Below, in pieces: positions 49,652-61,012 of a stretch of 64,000 nt of DNA. The position numbers and the translations under genes were made by a program. Origin of the DNA: Phoronis australis (Eukaryota; Animalia; Phoronida). The notes below the pieces were generated by a model. The model ran no database searches. It was given only the letters and a program-made list of their open reading frames with translations, and was not told the origin of the DNA. Each line of letters begins with the position of its first letter. Position 1 is the stretch's first letter. Location: contig NMRA01000300.1 in the NCBI GenBank assembly GCA_002633005.1, positions 296,823 to 360,822 on the forward strand, written 5' to 3'.

Positions 49652-49897
49652 CAGCATATATAAGGTTATGGGTGAGCAAGCCTGAGATATTAATTGAGAA
49701 TTACTAAAATCTTTATCATCACCATTATTAGCAAAATAGTGGATGTTATACAGATATACCTGTATCCCTTGTAGGGGGGGTTTTCTTTCTGAACTGAGGT
49801 GAAACAGCTGCTTCAGTCTTGGCCACAGTAGAATGGTGACAACAACTGAGCACAAACCACCAGCAGCCATCAGGAGGAGGCTGATACTTCTGTTCAT
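47030..49897 (-). CDS. Putative membrane-anchored TPR-TIR protein (TTC22/IFIT-like TPR region + C-terminal TIR domain), ~606 aa; join(complement) 49760-49897, 47030-48712
   Basis: A 1683-bp open exon carries TPR-like helices (VMNLLGFLA...EDPTNVNAMLNL; VLRRIGQVYTETGNMEKAHDCLTKAVELE) and a TIR-like C-terminus (KDFIAINSGND, DSDMTPG, NSKFVLVFVSEH, IVPVLL...VPNLL). An upstream phase-0 exon encodes a hydrophobic N-terminus. Confidence 0.8.
49559..49656. repeat. Interrupted (CAG)n microsatellite in the TPR-TIR intron
   Basis: CAG run with GAG/AAC interruptions. Confidence 0.95.
49760..49897 (-). CDS. TPR-TIR gene, first coding exon (MNRSISLLLMAAGGLCSVVVTILLWPRLKQLFHLSSERKPPLQGIQ)
   Basis: tttccag acceptor at 49914-49913, ATG at 49897, cag|gtatat donor; phase-0 match to the next exon. 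Confidence 0.65.
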
Positions 49898-52249
49898 GTT
49901 GCCAGTAACAGCCTGGAAAACACAATATTTAACATAACTGACATCCATTGCCACAGCTATACACCAGCTTTGAACAGCACTACTTGAGCACTTGTCTCGC
50001 GGATCACTTTTTGTAATATTACAATGATCCAACATATCTTCCAATTCAAACAATGAACTTGCCAACCCAGTAGCTGAGTTAATACTAGTTAGGCCTACAA
50101 TACATTACAATTTAACTTGCTGTTCTAGAACCTGGAATAACGCTTAATCTCAAGGTGATGAATGTGCAGTGAACATGGAATCCCAAGATCTAGCATGTTC
50201 TCTCAGTCGTAGACTATAAGCACTTGTCCTGCAAGACAACAAAGTCATTATAGAAGACTGTATAAGTCGATGTTGGGTTGAGTTGAATTTTTACACTATG
50301 AAGATAAAGCTAACAATGGGTATTACAAATTGTACCTAACTGGGCAAGTGGCAGCAGAAGATGTTCTTGTATTTATTTTTTATTTTTTTGTTCAACAAGC
50401 AAAGTAGTTTTGTACACAACCTGCGGGTACATGGAGGCATGGACGTGGTTTTGATACAGAGCGAATGTGTTAGTAACATAAGATGAACATTACAAAAATG
50501 TGGCTTGAAGTCCAGAGCTGCAGTGAAATGTGGTCTGTAGTCCAGAGCTGCAGTGAAATGTGGTTTGTANAGTCTTGGCCACAGTAGAATGGTGACAACA
50601 ACTGAGCACAAACCACCACCAGCCATCAGGAGGAGGCTGATACTTCGGTTCATGTTGCCAGTAACAGCCTGGAAAACACAATATTTAACATAACTGACAT
50701 CCATTGCCACAGCTATACACCAGCTTTGAACAGCACTACTTGAGCACTTGTCTCGCGGATCACTTTTTGTAATATTACAACGACCCAACATATCTTCCTA
50801 TTCAAACAATGAACTTGCCAACCCAGTAGCTGAGCTAATACTAGTTAGGCCTACAATACATTACAATTTAACTTGCTGTTCTAGAACCTGGAATAACGCT
50901 TAATCTCAAGGTCATGCATGTGCCGTGAACATGGAATCCCAAGATCTAGCATGTTCTCTCAGTCGTAGACTATAAGCACTTGTCCTGCAAGACAACAAAG
51001 TCATTACAGAAGACTCTATAAGTCGATGTTGGGTTGAGTTGAATTTTTACACTATGAAGATAAAGCTAACAATGGGTATTATAAATTGTACCTAACTGGG
51101 CAAGTGGCAGCAGAAGATGTTCTTGCATTTATTTTTTATTTTTTTGTTCAACAAGCAAAGTAGTTTTGTACACAACCTGCGGGTACATGGAGGCATGGAC
51201 GTGGTTTTGATACAGAGCGAATGTGTTAGTAACATAAGATGAACATTACAAAAATGTGGCTTGAAGTCCAGAGCTGCAGTGAAATGTGGTCTGTAGTCCA
51301 GAGCTGCAGTGAAATGTGGTTTGTAGTCCAGAGCTGCAGTGAAATGCTGTGAAATATTTTGTGCAACTGAACCGACACAAAATGTGTGGCTCTCAAAAGC
51401 AACAACTTTGTGTGGCCCAACAAGGCAGGACTGGATTCAAGTGGAACACTAACTGAAAGCAAACTGTATCAGTCGTGCACATGGAAGTGAACGCAAATTG
51501 TAGCTGTAGAGTGTCTGTTAAGGAAAAGGACTGTGGAGATAGCTCGGATTTCTGAGAAACTTTAATGTTTAACTTCTGTGTGACACTGATTGAATACAAA
51601 AATACGTTTCTATTAGTTTTTGGTTGCTTATAATCAACTAGATAATTAACAGTTTATGAGATGAACTTGGCAGAAATTAGTGCCCAGTTGATTTCAGGGA
51701 TGAAAAGTTTCTTATAATCTTAAATGTAGAAGCATCTTTAGCTGTTTTCATTGTGGGTTTAATCTTGACTTAGTATTCAAAATTACTTTTGACTACCAAA
51801 AATAATTGTCTCAGTGTCCCTTCTCAGCTTAACCACGTTACAAGTTATGACTAGATTTCTCTGTACATTGAGAGTAAAGTCAGAATCGAGATCACTGAGA
51901 CACAAACTTATGCACTTGTAGATTTAAATGGTGAGAGCATCAAGTGGAGGGCACAGGATTAGACATGCAGTCAACCACTGGTAGACCATAAGTTTACTAG
52001 AGTACAGAATATACATATCTTGAGTTTACTCAAAAGTAGTGCAGAGTGTCAAAAATAATTTGGAGGTCAATTACAAGTGTAAAGAGTAACCCCCCGGCCC
52101 AGGAAAATTGTCTTCTAACTCACTTCGTCTCAACTGATCAAGATCTACCAATTTGGAGCAACATATAAACACACAGGTCCAGCTTACATTATCAGAGAAA
52201 ATGGAACAAATGCAAGCTGTGTGCAGAGGGGCGATGCAAGGCCCTGCGA

Positions 52250-52400
52250 GGCCAAGTGACTGTTGCCCAAAGAGAGGCCATCATAGTGAAGCCAAGTGAC
52301 TCAACTGTTGCCCAAAGAGAGGCCATCATAGTGAAGCCAAGTGACTCAACTGTTGCCCAAAGAGAGGCTATGTGAAGCCAAGTGACTCAACTGTTGCCCA
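52250..52400. repeat. ~46-bp tandem repeat x3 (gccaagtgactcaactgttgcccaaagagaggccatcatagtgaa-like)
   Basis: Direct tandem units. Confidence 0.85.
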
Positions 52401-52431
52401 AATCAAATGCCAGGATGAATTCTCAAATATC

Positions 52432-53005
52432 GTTGGCCAAATGAGTGAACGTTACGCACGTACATTATGTGGTAAATTAATTCTTGTTAGTGGCGTAAAT
52501 TAATTACTAACAGCCTAAATGAGCTTTTAAAGCCGTAAATTAATTCTTTATGGCATTAAACTAATAATCTACGGCATAAATTAACTTCTAGCGGCGTAAA
52601 TTAATTATTTGCGGCGTAAACCTATAGTTGGCCAAATGGACGTGTGTAAATTCACTTCAATTTATACAGTGAACAATTAATTTACAACGGTAACAGTTAC
52701 AACGGTAACAGTTACAACGGTAACAGTTACAACGGTAACAGTTACAACGGTAACAGTTACAACGGTAACAGTTACAACGGTAACAGTTACAACGGTAACA
52801 GTTACAACGGTAACAGTTACAACGGTAACAGTAACAACGGTAACAGTTACAACGGTAACAGTTATTTTGCACCGCAAATAATTAATTAATATGCTGTCAA
52901 ATTAACGGAGTGACGTAATCAATTAATTAACGATTAACGCCGCAAACAACTTAATTTAGGCACGTAGGGTCTAATTTCTGTGTGTAACGTTCACTATCTG
53001 GCTAA
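52432..53005. mobile_element. Diverged inverted-repeat element with an internal 15-bp minisatellite
   Basis: gttggccaaatgagtgaacgttac...aattaattatttgcgg on the left is mirrored by ccgcaaataattaatt...gtaacgttcactatctggctaac on the right. Confidence 0.55.
52682..52865. repeat. 15-bp minisatellite (ttacaacggtaacag) x12
   Basis: Near-perfect array. Confidence 0.95.
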
Positions 53006-53388
53006 CTCAAACAACAATGTCGTCACTAGTGTTACACTTAACTAGTAAGTAGGCCCACTAAACTTTACAATCCAGGCTGATGACTACAAGTACACAAGTA
53101 GGCCTACACGGTGAAAGAATAAATAGTTTTACAGCACAGGCACCTTTAAGTAGCCCTCGACCATATACTGTACTGTTACTATAGTGTATAGTTGAGGGCT
53201 GATCAAAGGTGCCAGTGGTAGAGACCAGTACAGGACAGTCAAAGACGCTTACAAGTCAGGTGCCTGACAGCTATATGTTCACTTCTAACTCCTTAGACTT
53301 CACAATTCCACGTATCCGATGGAAGACTGGGAAGTTTTAATTGCAATAAGCCACAGAGGCACAACACAACCAACACCGCCCAAGGGGT

Positions 53389-53420
53389 GGGATTTTCCGG
53401 TTTTCTACGAAAACGAAAAT
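53389..53420. promoter_or_regulatory. Adjacent NF-kB site (GGGATTTTCC) and IRF-E/ISRE-like site (GAAAACGAAA) in the divergent TPR-TIR/NAGS promoter region
   Basis: Exact matches to GGGRNWYYCC (53389-53398) and GAAANNGAAA (53409-53418), 10 bp apart, at the edge of a CpG-enriched stretch. Confidence 0.45.
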
Positions 53421-54102
53421 CGGCAAAACTTGGCGAACGCCATCAAACGGTCAAGGCCGTTGGCCTACTTTTGTCATCGCCCTCTTTTGGAGGCTTGAAC
53501 ACAATCTCAGAGTTAGGCGAAAAATGAGTTCGGCGCGCTAATCAGGTGTTTCTGTTCTGAACCGCTACCCTGAATCATGTAACCGGGGATTTTATTCAGT
53601 AGCACTTCTTCACTAATCGCTTTCACTGCGTCAGACTGAATATTCTGAATCCGTAAGGCCTAACGGGTATAGTATGTCAACGCCGGAATGGGTGTAAAAC
53701 TCCCGTAAATAGTCATTGACAGCCATTGCCATTGCATCACGCTAACGCGACCCAGTCGCTCAACAACTTTTTACACTTGCGACGTGGTGTGAGAATAGAT
53801 ACTCATTTATAAGTTTGTGGTATGAGCCGTCCAACGTTGATTAGACTACTCGGGGGAGAAAACTGGACTAAGTTGAGGTGTTTCAAACATGCAATATGAA
53901 CTCAAGGTTTAAATTTGTCGTTTTCATATTGCATGAATCTCCTTCAAGTCCTTCATTAAGCATGAATGTGAGTTGTTTGAGACTTGACAGGTTTTCCTTT
54001 CAAGGAGTAAAAGCCGCCACGACTCCAGAAAGAACGAGTTATGATCTGTTTTTAAATCAAAATATTTCACATTGTTTCTAGGTGTGGTGAGATAACCCCT
54101 CT

Positions 54103-54296
54103 ATGTTTCTGACAAGTCGTCTTCGTTCACTGCCCACCTGTAAGGGACACTCTACTGGGGTTCTCCCATCACCTCCACTATGGGCGTGGCTCCTGGATCA
54201 CCCATTGTCAGCGACACTGCACGACAGATCTGCCTACACATGGCTGTCTAAGCAGAGAGCACTCACTCAGGCGGCACCGTACAAGTCACACCAGAG
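54103..54296 (+). CDS. NAGS: NAGS first coding exon, presequence-like (MFLTSRLRSLPTCKGHS...)
   Basis: ctag acceptor at 54080-54081, then ATG; R/S/L-rich N-terminus; weak ag|gtttct donor whose phase fits the next exon. Confidence 0.6.
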
Positions 54297-57200
54297 GTTT
54301 CTGAAGCTATGCGAATTATGATTAATTCATTACTTTGAAGTATGGCATAGTTTGTGTCTGAAGCAATATCAGCTTATGCCAAGAATTGTGGGACAAAACT
54401 CGACTTACCTCAAACTCCAACTGCTGCTTGCTGGTTTAATTAAAGTAGTTGGCCCTATTATGCTGCACAAACAGCAGATCAGTACTGGCAACGTTGTATA
54501 AAAGTTTTAGGTTGTAAACTCACATTTCTTGTCCAGTTTCCAAAAGTCTAAAATCTTTTGAATCAAGTGTGCTTTTCACAAACTATGCAAATATTTAAAA
54601 ACTTTCAAAACGAAAATTTATAAAAAATGCCTTTGTCGCCCCCAATGTGTTTACATGTATGATGAGTCTGGTTACTAAGAGAACCATATGGCCTGTGGCA
54701 TCCAGTGTGTTTATGGTGAGTCTGGTTATATAGAGAACCATATGGCCTGTGGTGTCCTGAACCAATGTAATTGTCTACTGTACAACTACGTGATGTCTTT
54801 GATCGTTGCTGAGATTTTTACGGTACGTAAAGCGGTCTAGTAGCGCAATCTCGACATGTGGGTGTCATTGAGAATTCTTTTCATATGCACTTGTAATGCG
54901 CCAAGCATCTGGATGTAATGCTGAGTTCTTTCAGCTCTGCTACTACTGAGTTGAACGGTGTGACTTCGAGTCTATGTTTGCATGTTTGCATGTAATTCAG
55001 TTTGTGTTGGATCTCAGTTCAGTCACTATGCTTTGTCAGTGAAGTGGAGTGCTGAAGCATCATGTTGGAAACAAGTATTTTTATTAGGTCAAGCACATTA
55101 CTTTGTGAATTCTTCTAGTAGAGAAACATTCAGAATTTCAATCATGACTCAGAGAGATTTGACTAGGTTTCCAAACAGGACTCAATACAGACTGCATCAC
55201 CATGTGTAAATACTGATTGTCTCCCGTGTTCATTTATGTCTAGTCTGATTCACTTCTACACTCACGCAGGTTGTCTCAACACAGCAGTAGTGTCGCCCTC
55301 TACCACTCTCATCGGCAGATAAACAACGGAGGACATGATCTTAGAAGATTTCTAGAAGTACGAATCTCTAGTTAGTACTAGTACTGTCCATTGTTTTGAT
55401 CACTCTTGACCATAATCATATAGTGCCAGTGTGTCAATCACTCTTGTCCATACTCACATAGTGTCAGTGTGTCAATCACTCTTGTCCATACTCATATAGC
55501 CACCCTTTTCTTACTACTATGGATTTCAGCTCACAGCTGAGCTAGAATTGAAGGATCAGAAGAATTAATTTATAATTGTAGACTAAGAGATTTTCTTCAA
55601 TCAGTGTCCTCAAATTTTTAAGAAAAATGTTTAAACTTGAGCAATTGAATTCTACTGAAGCTGAAAATCCAGTCAAGTTGAACAAAGAACAAAAAGTGAA
55701 GTGTGTACTCATGCCACATGTTGGAAGTGATTTCACTGCTGGTGCTCAATATGTTTGTGTTTAAATGATAAAATGTGGAAGTTGAGAAATAACCGAATCC
55801 TCGGGCACATTCCACTTAGTGCCTATCATTGCTCGAAATCGAACAGGAAGCTGAAATGTAAACATTGGTATTACCTGAGACTCCTTATTCCTAATGTGTG
55901 TGTCTGTAGTAAAGGTACGCTAACATGCGAACATGTGAACTTGATCAGACCCTGAGCTGAATGAACCTTTGATTAAATTACCGCTGTCAACCTTGTTCAC
56001 CAGGTTGTATTGATGTGCAAATGTCTTAAAATTAAAAACATGGACGATCACCGCACAAATAAAAAAGTTGATGTTCAATCAACGTTGATTGAACATGGAA
56101 CTTTTTTATTTGTGCGGCGATCGTCCGGTTTTTAGTCTTACTATGGCCAAAAACTGATTTAAATGTCTTAAATTATGTTAGCTCTAACCTCTACAAAAAT
56201 CTAAAAGTTGAATAAATTTACTAACAAAATTTGTTATTTTATATTTACTTGTCTTTGATTTTTCATGATAGGTGTGTTTTTAGTAAATTTTTTGAACAGA
56301 GATTCCTCAAATTATTTGGTCTTTTGTCATGATGTTGATAACGGCATTTTTGAGGGAACTGTGGGTTCTAGTTTTTCAGAAAGAAGCCTTCAAAAATGAA
56401 GAGTATGGCTGTTTTTGCTCAAAATGCTCAAAAAAGTCTATCATTAAAAAACTAAGATCTCTTTCAAAAATCTGAGACATGGTTCCCACGAAATTGCCGT
56501 TATCAACATGTTGACATAAGATTGGAGGAGCAATGTTTTTAAAATCTTTTCAAACTAAAAAAAAATTTTTAACTGAAAAATGCATATCTCATGAAAAAAT
56601 AAAGACATTAAGAATAACACATTTTGTTAGGAAATTTATTAACCTTTCAGGAAAAATAACTTTCTAGGGGTTAGAACTAACGGGATTTATAATATTTGTA
56701 GATAAGTACGGTTGGTAAAAAGGTTCACAGTTACCTTAAGGCAATGTACCATAATATTCTAAAATCAGTCTTAATCTTGTTCCTTACTAGGATTAGAAAT
56801 GATATTTAGGTTTCAGAAGAACTGACTGGTAGAGAAAAACGTTGATAATAGCTTTAAGTTTTAACTGTTGTTCTCTTTGCAGATTGGCTGTGACATCAGA
56901 GAATCCCGTTTCTGGTTGAAGCAGTTCAAACGAATGATTGACGATGGTCACCCATTTGCTGTACTTCAAGTCGATGAGAACATTCCCAAAAATGAGGCTA
57001 TGTTGTACCAGTTTGCGTCAGCTATGGCCTTCCTGCATCGTAATGGGATGAACTGTGTCATTGTCTATGGATTGAACGTGAATGACGATCGAGACAGGGG
57101 AGATAACTCTTGGGTACGTTGCATTAATTGCGCTTGTCCTTAGTTGTCCAAATTTGTCCAGTGTTCAAACCAATCAGGGGCACATCCAGGCGAGGCTCCA

Positions 57201-60200
57201 AGGGGTCTGGATAACCTACTGCTCAAGCGCTTGTGTTGGTGCAGTAGAGCCATGAAGTGCCCCCTTGTGTTAGTGCAGTAGAGTGATGTGAAGTGCCCCC
57301 TTGTGTTTGTGCAAGAGAGTCTTGTGAAGTACCACCTTGTGTTAGTGCAGTAGAGTTATGTGAAGTGCCCCCTTGTGTTAATGCAATAGAGTCATGTTAT
57401 TGCCCCCTTGTGTTAGTGCAACAGAGCCATGTGCAGTGCCCCCTTATGTCTGTCCACTGCCAGGCCTCTTGCCTTTATTCTTAACTTCCACTTGGTAAAT
57501 AATCATTAATTATGCATCTCGTAGAATTTAGACGTCAGTACTAAACAATTGCTGGTGAAGAGCAAAGCTGTGAAAAACTGGTGGTAATTAAAACTTTACC
57601 ACGGTCAGAGAACCCTAAGCTGGTAGCATACCCATTTCCATGGGGGTCACGCCCTTATTACTTCTCTCAAAGATTGCCACGCATGGCAAGGACTCTCATC
57701 ATGCACAAAGAAATTTACTATGGACAATCTTCAGTGATCTGTGGTGCACTGAAGATGTTCCTTTGTTTGTGTAGTTGAACTTCCGTGGTATGGATTCTTA
57801 AACCTTCCTTGAATAGATTTTTCTTTTTACCAGATATATTGGACTATCCTGATATTTGTAGCTATACTTAAGCAACAAAAACACGATTTAATCACATGAA
57901 GTAACCTTTTTGGCACCGTGTTGTGTGACTAAGAGAAAACAGCTAGCAAAGAATCAAAATGCCAATAGTTTTGAACATTACCTTGTACATATGATAGAAA
58001 TATATGTCTGATGCTGGCATCAACACCAGTGTGAGCGGGTGTTGTTTGAAATTCTCGCGGTGATGTAGACAAAATTCAGGTAATAAGCATAACTGTCTGT
58101 TACATTTATCACCGTGGTCAAAGTGATGCTTTTAACATGTAGGAACTAAACTTTCATGGCTGTGGTGTATGGTAAGTGTTCTTGCATAGTGCTCTTGTGG
58201 TGTATGGTAAGTGTTCTTGCATAGTGCTCTTGTGGTGCGTGGTAAGTGTTTCTGCTCTCATGTTAAGGGTTCTATTACTGCCAATCTAGCAATAATTAAA
58301 GATGCTATATGAATATCACATCAAATTTTGTTTTGTATATTAAATGCCTAAGATGAAATCTCAAAAATGCTACTTTTCTTTACATTATCGTTCTGTTTTC
58401 ATTTATAACAACTTTTGATTTTTTCATGATAATCATGGAAGTCCAAGTTTTTATAGTCTTTCATACAAAAGTGTTTTGGGTAACATTTCATAAAGCAGAG
58501 CGCTCATCTGAGACTTTCACGTGAATCTGTGGACCCATTTCTGAGATGTGATGTTCTGAAGTTGTCGAAATTTGTACATTTTAGTTATCAGTCCAGACAT
58601 CAACATTATATTGATCAGTTTGGAAATCAATATTTACAACTACCTTTGTAGGAGAAGAGACAGGAACTGAATGAGAACCTGATCAAATTGGTGTCTGCCA
58701 TGGAGTCCCAACAGACTCCTGTTAGAGTCTTGTATGGAGGCAGCACTGTCCTACAGACAGATACACAGGATGTGTGAGTCACTTAGATACCATGTGGGGA
58801 TCATTGTAATGCATGGGCAGTGCAGCACTGAAATAAGTGGCGGCCTATAGCCCCATCCCCTCCCCATCCCCTCCCCATCCCCTCCCCAGCCCCTCCCTAG
58901 CCTCTCGACAGCCCCTCCCCAGCCCTCCCCAGTCCCTTATGATGCGCCGCCCATGCATTGTCGTTGTGACTATATTGTATGGAAAAGGCACGTCTTTGGA
59001 TAGGTTTGAAAATCGAACGGAAGGAGGTTGCTTTTCCAAATTGTGCTGTTTGTGCTGCACCAAGCAGGCTTAGGTCACAGTGATGAGTCATCTGTACTTG
59101 TCACCTGACTGACTAGAACTCATGTGGATCCGTCACTATAGAGTTCCCTCATTCCTTTCAATCTGCCAGTTTCTCCATGTAAGCTGAAAATGATAACATA
59201 TCGCTGCATTTCCCATGCCATACACCTGATCTCGCACGTTTTCAAAAATATACGTTAATACCTGTCGAAAAACGTAATCATAAACAATTTCTTAGTTTCC
59301 TTTTTACGTAAATTCAGAACCATGTGGTGACTGATCACATTCTTTCTGTGCTAAGTGCTCCAGATTGTTCTATTTTCTGTGAAGAATCGACTTTTAGTTA
59401 AATTCTTGCGCATGATTGCTCTAGTGAACTCTTGTTAAACTTCATTTTGGCCTGCTCGACTTAATGTTCCAATATTAAATTCTTCCATCCATAGTACCTC
59501 AATAACTCGTGTCAATCGAGATCTCATCGACTGGTGCCTTTCTTCATCTTTTGTTCCCGTGGTTACCTCACAAGGAGAGACACCTACTGGTAAATTAACA
59601 CTGCTGGACCCAGTGTATACATGTGAAGAAATGGCCAAAGTATTCACACCTCTCAAAGTGATGTTTCTCAACACAGAGGGTGGCATGAAGGATAAGAAAG
59701 GAAAGGTACACTTACTGTATTCTGATACATTCAGTAAACACACAAATCTGTTTACTGTAAGAAATAGTCACGTCTCCTAACTCTAACTGTAACATGTGTT
59801 CCAAATGGCATTTTGTCCCTTTGGAGCAGAATTTCATGAAGAGTGTATCTAGAGGTTTCAAATGGATACATGGACTCAAATTTAGGCACCCTACCTAGGA
59901 CTACCTGTTCAGCAGTTGGACTCCATGTATTGCATTCACAAGGCAACATAAAGTTAGCGCTGGTGTCGCTTTTAACCTGCTAACAACTGCTTTGGAAGAT
60001 GACACTGATGTGTCCAGAGTAAAATATTAAACTTATGATGTATGATACCATGAATTTTAGATTATAGATTTATATCTCCATTGTAACCTACCACACTGTG
60101 ACAGCAATTTGACTTGGGGTCATTAAAACACCTCCTTGCATCACTGGTGTGGTGACAACATGACAAATTGGGAAAATACCTTTGGACAGCCTCTTTATGA

Positions 60201-60953
60201 AGTCCTGAACCAACCCGTGTTTTGGAATAGTGTCTTTTCTGGTGATAGTGGTAAAAAACAATAAACCTTTTTTGTTTAAGTCAAATATATGGCTATAAAG
60301 ATTCCTTTGCGGCACTTCCTTTGATATGGTCGCATGGAATTCTTCAACTGTCAACAGCGTGTCTCTATAAGCTATATTGTTATTTCAGGTTGTGCCCAAC
60401 ATCAATCTCCCACTTGATCTTCATGAGGACTCCCCTTGGCCGTGGGGCGGCCAGGAATCATGGGATAGGATACGGCGTATTTACGACCTTCTTAAAGTCT
60501 TACCCAGCCAGAGTTCAGCTGTTGCCATGGCAGCTGACTCTGTATTAACAGAACTGTTTACACATACAGGTTAGTGAGAGAATGTGAAGGTCAATTGGCG
60601 ACAGAGAGATTTAAACAGTCACACTCTGTCAACTTGCTATATAGTCACACTCTGTCAAGTTGTAACCACACTCTGTCAAGTTGCTATATAGCGAAACTCT
60701 ATTTACAGACCACATTATGAAAGTGAGTAAGTGATCTCATTTTGTTCCTTACTCAGATGTCTGCTGTGGAAAAACTGAAGGTTTGTTTGCGGTCGTACTT
60801 GATGCATAAAATGGCTCTCTGTGTCAAGCTCACTGTAAACACTTGCAGCCTCAGAAAGGAAGGAGCTGAGATCAGCTTTATAACACTGAACTGGTCTAAA
60901 TCAAAAGGTTTTCTTAGTTAATTAAGGCATTTTTGTAGCACACTCACAAAACC

Positions 60954-61012
<59 letters not shown>

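Noticed and set aside
49460-50065. 201-aa ORF with a poly-Leu tract
   Set aside because: The poly-Leu comes from an intronic CAG/CTG microsatellite; only 49760-49897 is a plausible coding exon.
52657-52877. Cys-rich (CNCYR)n or (VVTVT)n ORFs
   Set aside because: They are translations of a 15-bp minisatellite.
60955-61011. Poly-Q coding tract
   Set aside because: It lies within a NAGS intron with no flanking exon signals in frame.
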